From contig MU058065.1 of the NCBI GenBank assembly GCA_013265495.1, forward strand, positions 372,001 through 436,000: a DNA stretch of 64,000 nucleotides, in the 5' to 3' direction. Below are positions 53,201-64,000 of this stretch, piece by piece. This DNA is from Vicugna vicugna (taxonomy: Eukaryota). The notes below the pieces were generated by a model. That model saw only the letters and a program-made list of their open reading frames with translations. It searched no databases and was not told where the DNA came from. Position numbers and translations under genes: made by a program. Position 1 is the first letter of the stretch, and every line of letters begins with the position of its first letter.

Positions 53201-55568
53201 TGTGAAGCTGAAAGGTAAAAAGCAATGTTTGTTGTTCTTGATGCTTACAGGGCGGTGGTGGCGGTGTCCCTCCTCCCGGATGGGTGACTCGCTCTGGGAA
53301 GACTTCAAACCGCGGGGACGCCCTAGGCAGCCATCTATTTTGTGCCTGCGTAGTTCTTTTCCACAGATATTCCCATCACTGAAAGGCTGCTGGAAAGGCC
53401 TCGGGGAACACTTCTCAAGCTATATATATCATGAAGGACCAGATTTTATTCTTTATCTCCAAGGAAAGAAAAGACATATGAACACAAGTCTGCTGATCAA
53501 GCAAGTCAATTCACTATAGCGTTTCTAAATACTGTCTTTCAATTTCCATACTTCTGTCACGATGGACAGGTAATAACAGTTTGGAGACCAGAGTTAATGC
53601 CTGGAGCAATCTTTGGATAGCCCTGACCTAGGTCCTTGGTAGGTCATCTTAGTTCTACTCTCTGGACAAGCTAACACCCCTGCTGAGCCATGTGATGGAA
53701 GCTGATATTCAAAGGCCTCTCAGGTTGCGTTGGGAAGGAATTTTCTGTAACAGTCCTGCCTGCCACCTCTCTCACAGCCCAGTCAAGTGCCCTGGAAGAA
53801 GGGCTTGCTTTATTGCCTTCCTTTGACTAGGAGGTGGTTTCCTGCTCAGAGGATTCCCTTTGGATTTCCTGTTTCATTTTGCTCAAAATGTTTGATTTCA
53901 AGAATTTAGAGAATTTGGCAGAAGTCCCAAATTCCTTTTGAATTTCTCCCATGTGGCATAAGGAAAAATACGCAATTGAGTATCGGAGAGAATGGGGGTA
54001 CATAGTTCACCAGGGTAGGTACGCAAATCAAGCATCAGTATCAGCTCTGGGCTCTATTAATTCCCATTAACATATGGACAACGGATCTTCTGGGCTGAGG
54101 GAGACACTGTCCGATTTTAATGTAGGAATCTTTCTGCCTCCATATATGTGAGAACACTACTTATAAAAGGGCGACAGAAGTAACAAGACCTGATTATAAA
54201 CAAGCTGGTTCTTAGTTTCATTCTGCCAAAACAACTACTACAAAACTGTCTTTCCAATGTGTGTTATTCCTGATATGTCTTCATTGTGTAACTTCAAGAG
54301 CTTTTAATTTTTTTTTATAACATCACTTTTCTTTCTACTCAATTTTTATTCCTCCTAGCTCTTTTTATTGTGAAATTGAGAACTCAGTAGTGCCCAACAG
54401 GGATTTAGCAGGTCTTTGAGGAATCTTTCTGAAGCCATTTTTGGCATTTAGGACAAATCCTATTCCATGATTACTGAGAATTTGACAAAGTCAAACTCTC
54501 ATATGTATTTATGGAATAATAAGGGTAACTGATTGATAGGATTTTCATCACTTAGCTAAATATAGCTTTGACTTAAAAACAATGAGCTTCTACTTGGCAG
54601 TTAATCTTATCCTAAGGCAAAATATTTTAGAGTTGGTAAACTCAGAAGAATCTAAGGGAAAAAAAATGAAAGCTTCCGAGTAGACAAAGAAAAAGTGCAC
54701 TAATCTCACATCTTTATTGGAAGGTAGATTTCAGGTGGCATGTCATGAAATAAGTCAATTAATTGAATTAAGGGTCTCTTCATAATATTCAATTAACATT
54801 TAGCTACCTCTAAGCACTTTAAGGAAAGAGAAATAAAGAGTAGTCAACCTATCAATTTCCAGAAAAATAGTCTCTACCTAAAAAACAAGGCATAACATTA
54901 TGTTCACTTAAGGGGTAATTTTTCTATCATGCTAGGAAACTTCTCTGGATGCACCTCATTCTTTGCAGATGAATCCACAATAATCTTCTACATCTGTAAA
55001 GGTGTGAAATGAGAAGGTCTCATAAAAACGCCATAATAATTAGCCCACTGCCCTGTAGTTATTGGCAGAGTTTGACAAAGGGAGTTTCTTGGTGTTTTTC
55101 TTCTGATTTACTTCCAAAGAGGAACAGAGCAGAGAAAGTCTTTTTGTCTGGGAGAAGCTTCAGGAATGGACCAAGGCAGGGTCTATAGGAGGTATTAGAG
55201 TTAAGACCAACCCCACCCATGGTGAGGCCACTTTCATTCACACCTCTCTATGAATCAGATCATCCCATCTTAAAAGATCCAGGTATAGAAATGAAAGGAG
55301 GGAAACAAGTAAACCTCAGCCTGTATTTTTGGAAGACTTGAAACAAAATGAAAGGCTTCATTATCCACAGTAACTTGCTCAGGGAAGAAGCTTATCCAGA
55401 GGATACTTCTAGCAAGTTTAGTTTCAAGATAACAAGGCAAAAAGGAAAGCTGCGGTTATAAATTCTTGCAAAACGCTTTAAGGGAGTTCCACGGTGATCC
55501 ATAGGTTTATTGATTCCCTGAATGATTAAAAGTGTTGACTCTTTCATTAGGTCGCCTTCCCAATATCT

Positions 55569-56095
55569 CAATGTTGTATCAATTTCTGGTGTACAGCATA
55601 ATGTTTCAGTCATACATGAGCATACGTATATTCATTTCTATATTCTTTTTCACCAGAGGTTACTACAAGATATTGAATATAGTTCCCTGTGCTATACTCT
55701 GTCAACTTGTTGTTTATCTATTTTGTATATATATTAGTTAAATGTATATAACTGCAAATCTCAAACTCCCAATTTATCCCTTCCCACCCGGTAACGATGT
55801 TTTCTATGTCTGTGAGTCTGCTTCTGTTTTGTAAATAAGTTTTTTGTCTTTTTTTAAGATTCTACATATAAGTGATACCATATGGTATTTTTCTTTTTCT
55901 TTCTGGCTTACTTCACTTAGAATGACAATTTCCAGATCCATCCATGTTGCTGCAAATGGCATTATTTTATTATTTTTTACGGTTGAGTAGTATTCCATTG
56001 TATCTTCTTTACCCAGTCATCTGTTGATGGACATTTAGGTTGTTCCCACGTCTTGGCTGTAGTAAATAGTGCTGCTATGAATGTTGGGGTGCATG
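55569..56095 (-). mobile_element. L1 3' region with ORF2 C-terminus remnant, lacking the terminal T-tract
   Basis: Peptide MEYYSTVKNNKIMPFAATWMDLEIVILSEVSQKEKEKYHMVSL; 3'UTR matches the other L1 copies. Confidence 0.93.
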
Positions 56096-57641
56096 CCTAT
56101 AAATTTTTTTAAAAAAAAGATCTGGCTTTTGCCTTCCTTGACTACCAGCACCTGAGTGTCAGTAAACATAAAGAACAAAGGAAAAGGACACAAATATTTA
56201 TGGGAAAAAAATGAGAAGAGTCAAGTTAGTTGAATAATTTAAAAAAATTAGTGGTGTGATTTTTGTTCGGATTTTTTGTGTCATAAAATTAATGTTTCTT
56301 GCTATGACTTTTTTTTTAATATGCAAAGGTTTTGGTCACATGATAACTTTACATTATTAATATTTAATACCACCTGTTTACAGTTGAGAGTTGTTGTTCT
56401 AGAAGAGTATTTCTCAAATGATTTTTGGTTATAACATGGGTAGGCAGGGCAAAAGATTCCACAGCCCACTTCTTCTATTCATTCCCACTCTATAGAGGGA
56501 AGAGAATATAGTAATAAGAGGGAACGTGTCACTGTATAAGCAAATTTTTGTGGTTTGCCTTAGCAGAGTGGTAGAGATGACTCGTATTTGAATCACAATG
56601 TATACATGACTTAAAGTCTGGTGATTGCAAAATTATGGTCCTCAAGAACCATTGATGGAAGCATATATCACTGTACACTCTGGGGTTAACCAAACAATCC
56701 ACAACAAAGTCCAATGTAAATGCAGAAGCTAAGCCAAAAGTAATTCATAAGTGGAAGGCATTTGGAAACCATGACCAAGTTAAGACCACATTGATAACCA
56801 AGACTGCTTCCTGAAAACTGCAGGCGCTCCACAAGCTGTGCTCAATTAAAGTTACGCAAACTTGCCAGCATTACATAGCCATGTAGGACCCTGACTTAGA
56901 GTCATCTAATTGTGAGTTTAGTAGAGTAAACCCTACTAAAGCAAGAATTTAATTTTGTAAATACACCATTTGAATAACCTTAACTCATTCACTTAGTAGG
57001 TGGCCAGTATCTAATCCTGGAATGCACGTAATAACAGTATGTGAACTGTGCATCTTTTAGCTGTAAGAACCAAGGAAAGAATGTGCATTATCAGGAGGCC
57101 CAATGTGGATTATAATCTGTATTTTCAGAACTACCACTAGAGAATCATTCGTCATCCAGGCCCCCACTGAGCTATCTAGTGACAACTGTGGAATTTCATG
57201 GCTTTTTAAGGCAATTCTTTTCTTGTTGTTTATTTTTAAAAATTATTTTCTGTTTTTGGAGAATACAGGAAAACCCACTGAGATTTGCCTGGGAAACTAA
57301 ACCTGAGTAATCCCACATATTTCCAAACTCTGAGCCCTGTCTAGGCCAGGGATTGCTAAAAAGTTTCATCTCACAAGCGAAGTCTGATTGATTTGTAACG
57401 GATGCCTGAGGGGTGGTGTTGAAGCCAGAAAGGGGTGTCTTGATTGATTAAGGATGTTGGCCATGACCATCGGATGGTGGAAGGGCGGCCGTGTGCCTGG
57501 TCTTGCCCTTCTTGCTGGAAGCACTCTTCTCCTAAACTTGGAGGCAGGACACGGGTTCTCTGTCACCTTGTTGAGGTATGCTTCTGAAATATTAATGATT
57601 AATTAAATTTTGACTTCCTCTTCACCGTGTCCAGATTCAGT

Positions 57642-57826
57642 TAAGGTTGCCAGATAAAAGACAAGATGCTCAGATAAATCTGAATGTCAGATGAACAACA
57701 AAGACATTCTGGTATAAGTATGTCCCAAATATTACAGAGGCCATACTTATACAAAAGATATTCTTTATCTGAAATTCAAATTTAGTTGGATATCCTGTAT
57801 TTTTATTTGCTAAGTCTGGCACCCTA
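57642..57826. mobile_element. MER53 (hAT) palindromic MITE
   Basis: TIRs taaggttgccaga...tctggcacccta; central tataagtatgtccc...ccatacttata; 8 bp TSD gattcagt/aattcagc (6/8). Confidence 0.9.
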
Positions 57827-60119
57827 AATTCAGCATTTAGGGTACTTGACAGTGTCCTGGTATCTGAATTTATGTTACCTACTCTCCAACATCTTCAGGG
57901 TATGCAAACTCACTTAGCACCAGAATAGTTTTGTGTATCCCAGAGTGACCCAAGGTAAATAGGCAAACTAATCCTGAATTACAAATGTTTGATAAATCCA
58001 AGGAATGTGCAAAAAGGGAGTGGGGGGCGGAGATCGAAAGGATTAGGGGGTCAGGGGAATGTAGGAGTCAGGAATGTCCAATATTGTAGGTTGGGATTAA
58101 GTAGTTCGGAGGACTCTGAGGTGGGTAAAACCAGTTGGTTTAGAGGTGACTCTCAGGGAGGGAGTTAACAGGAGAAAAGCAGTGCAGCATTGTGTTTGAT
58201 TCTTTCAAACCTGCCACTACTTCCACATTAGGAGTTTCTGGAATAGAGAGAGGATGCAACAACAAGGCATTTCTTAGAACTCAGGCTGGCGCTTGGCTTG
58301 GAATGGAGATTATAATTCTGTGGGTGATTCTGAAACACGGCGGTGATAATCTTTGGAGTCCTGCCAAAGGATTCCAATAAATACTCTTAACACTTTAGAA
58401 AAGAGAGGAGAAAACATTTAAGCACACGACGCCAGAAGCAATTCTTTGTACTCTCTTCTGTCTGCTTTTTTTCTTTCTATCTCTCTTTCACTTTGTCAGG
58501 TTTCTGGGAGTAAAATCTAATTGTCAATGTTTGTGTCCAATGACTTACGTGTATATGTGAATGTAGTTTAATTTAAAACCATGATCATTTTTGGCAGTAA
58601 TTCAGAAGCATCCTAAGCTTTGTAATGCAAAACAACAGAAAAACTGGAAACCAGGGTTTAGCTGGAGATTGAATTTGTGACCAGCCATGGAATGATTTAC
58701 AGTTAGGCACTACTACTAAGACTAATTTCCCCAGTGGTTTCACGAGATTTTCTGTGTGCTGAAGAGCCGCACTGCAGCATGTCAGGTCTTTGTCATCCTG
58801 GTGAATTGCATGAAATCAGCAAGGTATTTGATGACTGTAGGTTGGAGCTGTCATTGGGTCCGTATCGTGTATCTGAATCTGCAATAAATATCCAACTTAA
58901 AGCATCTTAGAAAATCTAGCACAGACCTTTCTTTTGTCTCATCGGCGTGTTTTATTAAGCACAGGAGCACCTGCAGAGTGCCCAAGGATGGCAAACGAAA
59001 CGTGGTTACGGATATTCATCTGATCACTTTCATATCGAGCCAAGATGCTCAGCAGCTTATGAGGAAATGCACCCACCAGCCCCCAGAGGAAGCTGTTTTC
59101 TCCCTCTATAATGGTCATTCTTGCTTTACTCACTGCAAGGTCCCCAGGAAGATGAAGGCAGGGGAAGCAGGTTATGTGCCAGGCAGCTGGATTTCCTCTA
59201 AAGCCTTCTCCTTTGAATGAAGCTTCCTTCTTCCGTTCACAGGTTTATAAACAGCCCTTCCTGTGATTTTGCAGCACAGAATATGAGTCCCCCTGCCAGC
59301 TCAGCGCAACCAGGTGCTAAGCGTCTGCTGCAGTGAGCCAGAGCCTCCGCACGCTTCTTGTTTGCTATCATATCGGCGTTCTGTCATCCTCCAGGGAACT
59401 GGGAGGCTGACTGCAGCTCCCCATTTGGTCTTGCAGGTAGCAGGAATGTCACATTAACGTGAAATGCTGCTGCTCTACTTCTGATAACTCTATCCTGGTA
59501 TCAAAAGAAGCAGGAAGCCCAACCGAGGCAGTACACTATTGCTCTGTGACCACGAGGTCCTGGAGGACATAGCAGAGATAGTGTTTCTTTTCCTTGATGA
59601 GTGAGGGCAACTCCCATTTTCTTCATATGATTTCCTTTCTCCATATGACTGCTGAATTTCTGGCGTGGTAGGGAAAACAGTGATAGAAATCATTCTGGAT
59701 GGAGAAACTTGCTAAGCCCGTGCATTACATATATCACGGAATAGGTTAGCAGTTAGTCCTTATTCTAGAGGCAAAAAACAAATATTGGGGAAATCATCCC
59801 ACTTGTATGATTACTAACTTCTGGATTGTCCAACCACTGTAAGTGGCATGAAATTTAGATCAGTGGGTAGCAGAACAAACGTTCTACATTAATGATTATG
59901 GAATTGATTTGTAAATTACAGTAATAATTTGTAACAAATTGCAGGTTTGGTGGTATCAAAGTTAACCCTGAGTTGTATATCTGCAAGATTACACCCCAAT
60001 CAAAGTGTATGCCAGGTGTACCTGATTTTATAAATATAATAGAAAATTGTGTATGTCGAAATTTAATAAAACAAAATGGTATCGTAACTCTGTGATGGTG
60101 AAACAGATGTACAGAGGTT

Positions 60120-60350
60120 GGTATTTATTTAGTGATCACGGTGTGCCAGGGACAGTGCAAAGTACTTTGTATGAATTTTCTAATTACAACCCTTATGACA
60201 ACCCCATGATTGAGGCACTATAGCAATCTCCATTTGATCCATGCAATTGTATCAGAAATGTTGAACACAGAAATTGACCCAGAAATGTTGACTAACTTGT
60301 CCTAAGTACTTAGGGGGGAAGTTCAGATTTCAGTTTAGTCTGATATTCCT
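60120..60350 (-). mobile_element. MIR SINE
   Basis: tgtgccagggacagtgcaaagtactttgtatga...caaccccatga...taacttgtcctaag. Confidence 0.7.
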
Positions 60351-60831
60351 GGACCCGTACTGCAAGGGTGAAAATTGATCTGACATAGTTGTCACGTAGG
60401 TAAACCTTAGGCTTGCTATGGCTCAGACTAGATAGTTGTTCCAACTAGATAGATACCTCACTCTTCCCTCATTGCCAGATCACCCCTGTAAGGCCAACGC
60501 CCATGAGGTCAGGGTTTGTATGTTACTCACCTCTGTATTCTGAGCTAATTTAGCTTGGACACAGGAGGCAAGGCATTCAGTAACTTCGGTGAATAAATGA
60601 GTAGGGTATTTATACATGTCAATTGATTTTGCAGTGTTGTTTCTGTATTTTGCTATACCTAAGGGGGGTAAAGTAACCTCACTGTAGTTATTAACATGAC
60701 TCTCTCTGGAGTCTTCATCTTGCCAGAATAACAGGAAAACAATCTTAGGAAACTTAAGTTTTCCTGTGCTTTTTCATACACTGCAGCTATATTTGAGGGT
60801 GAGTTGAAGACCCTAAGCTAACCAGCTAAAA

Positions 60832-61254
60832 TGGAACTGGGGTCCAATGCTCAGATTCTCCTTTCAGGACTGAGGTATATCCATTCTCCCAGCGGCCAAG
60901 AGTGTTGTCCATTGACAGCTCATAGCTGCATTCCAGCCTGGGACTTACTCACGGCTAAAAGGAGGTCCTCAAAGCAATAGCCCTTCTCTGCGGACAGAGC
61001 ACATCCAAATAATGGCTGAAGTGGCGATGCAAAGGCTCAGCTTCCTAGCTCCAACAGGGGACAATTCTGAGGGTCCCTCCCAGTCCAGAGCTCCCTAAAG
61101 AATTGACTGAGGCCCCTGTTATAATTGCATTGCACTTCAAATCCTCACTCTGCCCAAATCTCCTTCATTCACTCCCTTACAAGTATTCCCAAATGCATTC
61201 GTCAATAAATTTCCTGCACACAAGTCTCTCTTTCTGGGGACCTGACCTGAGGCA
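60832..61254 (+). mobile_element. LTR16C-like 5' LTR of an ERVL provirus
   Basis: ggggacaattctgagggtccctcccagtccagagctccc, ctctgcccaaatc, AATAAA at 61204-61209, ends gacctgaggca. Confidence 0.88.
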
Positions 61255-62730
61255 GGAGGTTCCAGGATGTGGGCTCTAGGCTACTTGTAACAAAGAGAAG
61301 CGCAGGTGGGAGCACAGCACGGGTGTACTGTGGCTCTGTTAACATTTTCACTAAGGGTGAAATTGGGATATGATGCATGTGGAAGGAGATGCATTGGCTA
61401 GTATATTTCTCAGGCATCTGAGAAATTACAGGGAGAGTCCTAATTATAAGGACCATGGAATTCTGTAGCTGCTGTTGGTTGCTGTGGATGCATTGCAGAG
61501 AACCCGGAGTGATTAATCACCAATTGAATGTCAAGTGTGAAACCCAGAGGGTCACCTTGGCTTCATAAAGTGAGACTTTCATCTCTTGCATTCAAAAGAC
61601 AGAAAAACCTGATGCTCAGGACCAGGTCTTTATTAGAAGTGTAGCAGAGTTCCAGGGAAGGTCAGATTCTCAATTCTGGCAGATGTGCTGTGCCAAGGTC
61701 AAGGTCCTGGTTAGGAATGCATGAAGTGTGGTGATGGACACATCTAAGTTGATGTCCTCAAGGACATTGAAATCCAGATTCCCCTAAAACTTCGGGCCTC
61801 CAGAACTGGCCTTCTCATTTCTGTTAGAGGCTAGTGTCCCCACTCTTGCCTGAAGACATTTCAGTAGCCTCTAACTTATAAGACAGCATGCACCCCCCCT
61901 GCCTTAGGATCAACCCTCACTTCCCATCCTGGTTACTAAATTAGGATGAGGGTATAATGTAATCCAACTTGGGAAACACCAGTCCTGCTGAGGAAGGAAA
62001 GAGACTATATGCTTAAGCTGCTATAGGGTCCAGCCAATGTGCACCTGAAGGAGCTATTAGGGTCAAATAAAAGGATGATTCTTAGGAGTACTGGATTATA
62101 AAACTGGAAAAGAAAAATTGATCAGTATAGAAATACATTTCCAGGACATAGAATCTAACACCTGGCAGGCATCCTGGGAGTCTGCACTAATATACTGCGA
62201 GCATGGTTTTTATCAGTTTGAAAAAAAGAAATGGCCCATGCAGAATGAAGTACAAATATCAGACTCGCCATAGAAGACAATGGAGCAATGTATCAAAAGC
62301 TTAGAGAAATGAGTATATTAGATGTACCATGGATATTCCAAGGAAGTCCACAAAACCCACCAGCTGGCTGTGTTCTGAGGGAGAATCTGGAAGATACTCC
62401 ATTTACCAAAGTGGTAAGTGACATGATGGTGAGGAGGTACTGACATTGTTGGAAAGTTCAGTAATGACCATCCTCTGGAGGCTGGGGCTAATGACAGAAG
62501 ATCTTTTAGAACTTTCTAATAGCAAAGGGGATGGATTACTGGATTCCAAAATAATAGGGACCAAGTAGTGAAGCTTGAAGGAGGACTCATCAGTATGAAG
62601 GAGAACTCATCAGTATGAAGGAAGACTTGGTTTTTGTAATGAGAGTCAAGGTTAGGTAGCAGTCAAAAGCCTGACTTGCAAAGAGCTAGGTTGAATGAAT
62701 GAAGAAAATTTACATGGTTGAAATAGACAA
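61255..62730 (+). mobile_element. Decayed ERVL internal region (gag; HERV16/ERV3-16A3-like)
   Basis: Broken frames NYKDHGIL*LLLVAVDALQR, QDQVFIRSVAEFQGRSDSQFWQMCCAKVKVLV and EDTPFTK resemble ERV-L Gag motifs; multiple stops and frameshifts. Confidence 0.8.
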
Positions 62731-63070
62731 AGGATAAAAGATGGGGGACAGAAGTAAATTCTCATTTAAAAAAAAAAGAAGTAAATCCTCATAAATATCC
62801 ATAAAATATGTTAATATGATTTTTCAAAGATATAATCTCACTACATCTAGCACTTTATTGTAGCTGATATCTATTTGCCCTCTACAATTCTGTTAAAGCA
62901 TCATCGATCTTTTTCTTTTTTAATCTAGGATTTATTACTCTGTTCTGTGCATGGGGTGTTAATAATTATTTGTCATTATTATTCTTCTCATTATTGAAAT
63001 TGTTAACTGTAGCCAGGACACAGAATAACAAAATGCATAACTTGACATATAAAATTGACACTAGATTCTT

Positions 63071-63296
63071 TGTAAAACAATTTTTATTGAAGTACAGTTT
63101 CCAATTTTGTGTCAATTTCTGCTGTATAGCACAATACTTCAGTCCCATAGGAACCTACATACACTCCTTCTCATATTTTTCTTCACCATAGGTTACCACA
63201 AAATATTGAATATGGTTCCCTGTGCTATACAATATAAACTTGTTGTTTATCTATTTTATATATATTAGTTAGTATCTGCAAATCTCGAATTCCCAA
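63071..63296 (-). mobile_element. 5'-truncated L1 3' end with TSD
   Basis: tttttattgaagtacagtttccaattttgtgtcaatttctgctgtatagca; TSD tgacactagattctt (63056-63070)/tgacattagattctt (63297-63311). Confidence 0.92.
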
Positions 63297-63749
63297 TGAC
63301 ATTAGATTCTTGACACTCATTGTTAACCGTATCAGCCACACTGATGGGACTATGCAGTGCTTCCCTCACAGCTGCCTGACTAACGTTTCTTTTATATTTT
63401 AAAACCTATAAACATCTTTCTTAGTATCCACAAGAATCTATTTATAATGTTCACACACTTCAATGATTCACTGTAGTCAACACTTGTAAGTAAATATCTC
63501 ACTTCCTGGTTAGTTAATGAGATATCATGAATGAAGCCAGTATTATGAATGAAAGGGTTACCAAGGAGAGAAAGCAAACCTAATCTGGGATTCAAGTACA
63601 CCTTCTTTCCTTTCATTTGTCCCTGAGATGAGTAAGGAAAGTGCCCAGGGGATTTGAGGTAACAACCTTTTGGCTTTATCCCTAGAAGGGAACACTTGAT
63701 CAATAGAAATCAAGGTGTCCAATCATGGTGATTGTTAAGGAAACACATG

Positions 63750-64000
63750 TAAAACCAACAACAGTGTACCACATCATGATCTTAAGTTGTCCAAGATAAA
63801 TACAACAGTAATTTCTATAGAATCAGCAAGTAAACACTTTTCACTCAGCTGGTGGGACTGTCAGTTGGCCTGCTCTTTTAGAAGGGCAATTTGATAATTT
63901 GAGACAAATGCCTCAAAGTATTTGTTTTCCCTTTGATTTAGTGATTCCATAGTCAGAAACTTACCCTAAGAAAATTATCAGAGATGAGGCAAAGATTTAT
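63750..64000 (+). mobile_element. Old L1 (L1ME-like) ORF2 3' region, runs off the window
   Basis: gctggtgggactgtcagttgg...ttttagaagggcaatttg...ccctttgatttagtgattcca...taccctaagaaaatt. Confidence 0.7.

Noticed and set aside
53240..53330. CpG cluster with a CTCF-like string (also ~44613 and ~46372)
   Set aside because: Only partial matches to the CTCF core and too short for a CpG island
55804..55998. ORFs with a recognisable peptide (also 6093-6284)
   Set aside because: These are L1 ORF2 C-terminal remnants of truncated insertions, not host genes
1..64000. Prokaryote-style systems (operons, CRISPR arrays, defence islands) or any intact gene
   Set aside because: The sequence is repeat-rich mammalian DNA. 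There is no repeat-spacer array, no long ORF and no chain of compatible coding exons that I can recognise.
40..64000. Inferring host-gene direction from L1/LTR strand bias
   Set aside because: Roughly 9 minus versus 6 plus L1s and balanced LTRs, too weak to call intron orientation

Overview
Mammalian (eutherian) non-coding genomic DNA, most likely from a camelid (camel/alpaca/llama): it carries a tRNA-derived SINE with the Vic-1-type head and 3' tail (22368-22493) and many cetartiodactyl-type L1 3' ends. I recognise no protein-coding gene, RNA gene or CpG-island promoter. The ORF-track entries are short, lie in repeats or look like chance frames, and the only recognisable protein remnants are decayed L1 ORF2 C-termini and a decayed ERV-L gag. 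The window is a mosaic of ancient repeats (L2, MIR, MLT1, LTR16, MER3/5/53/58/104) and younger lineage-specific L1/SINE/ERV1 insertions, either intergenic or inside a large intron; the sequence cannot tell which. Family names come from my recall of consensus sequences and need RepeatMasker/Dfam confirmation; edges of old repeats are approximate. The most unusual structure is a ~330 bp copy of nearby DNA that was templated into the middle of an LTR16 element with no TSD and no poly(A) (22911-23237, donor 21681-22225). It also preserves the empty site of a later L1 insertion. Other points of interest are a TSD-flanked solo poly(A) insertion, possible twin-primed and 3'-transducing L1s, a few candidate exons and some enhancer-like motif clusters. 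I found no evidence for a new multi-gene biological system.
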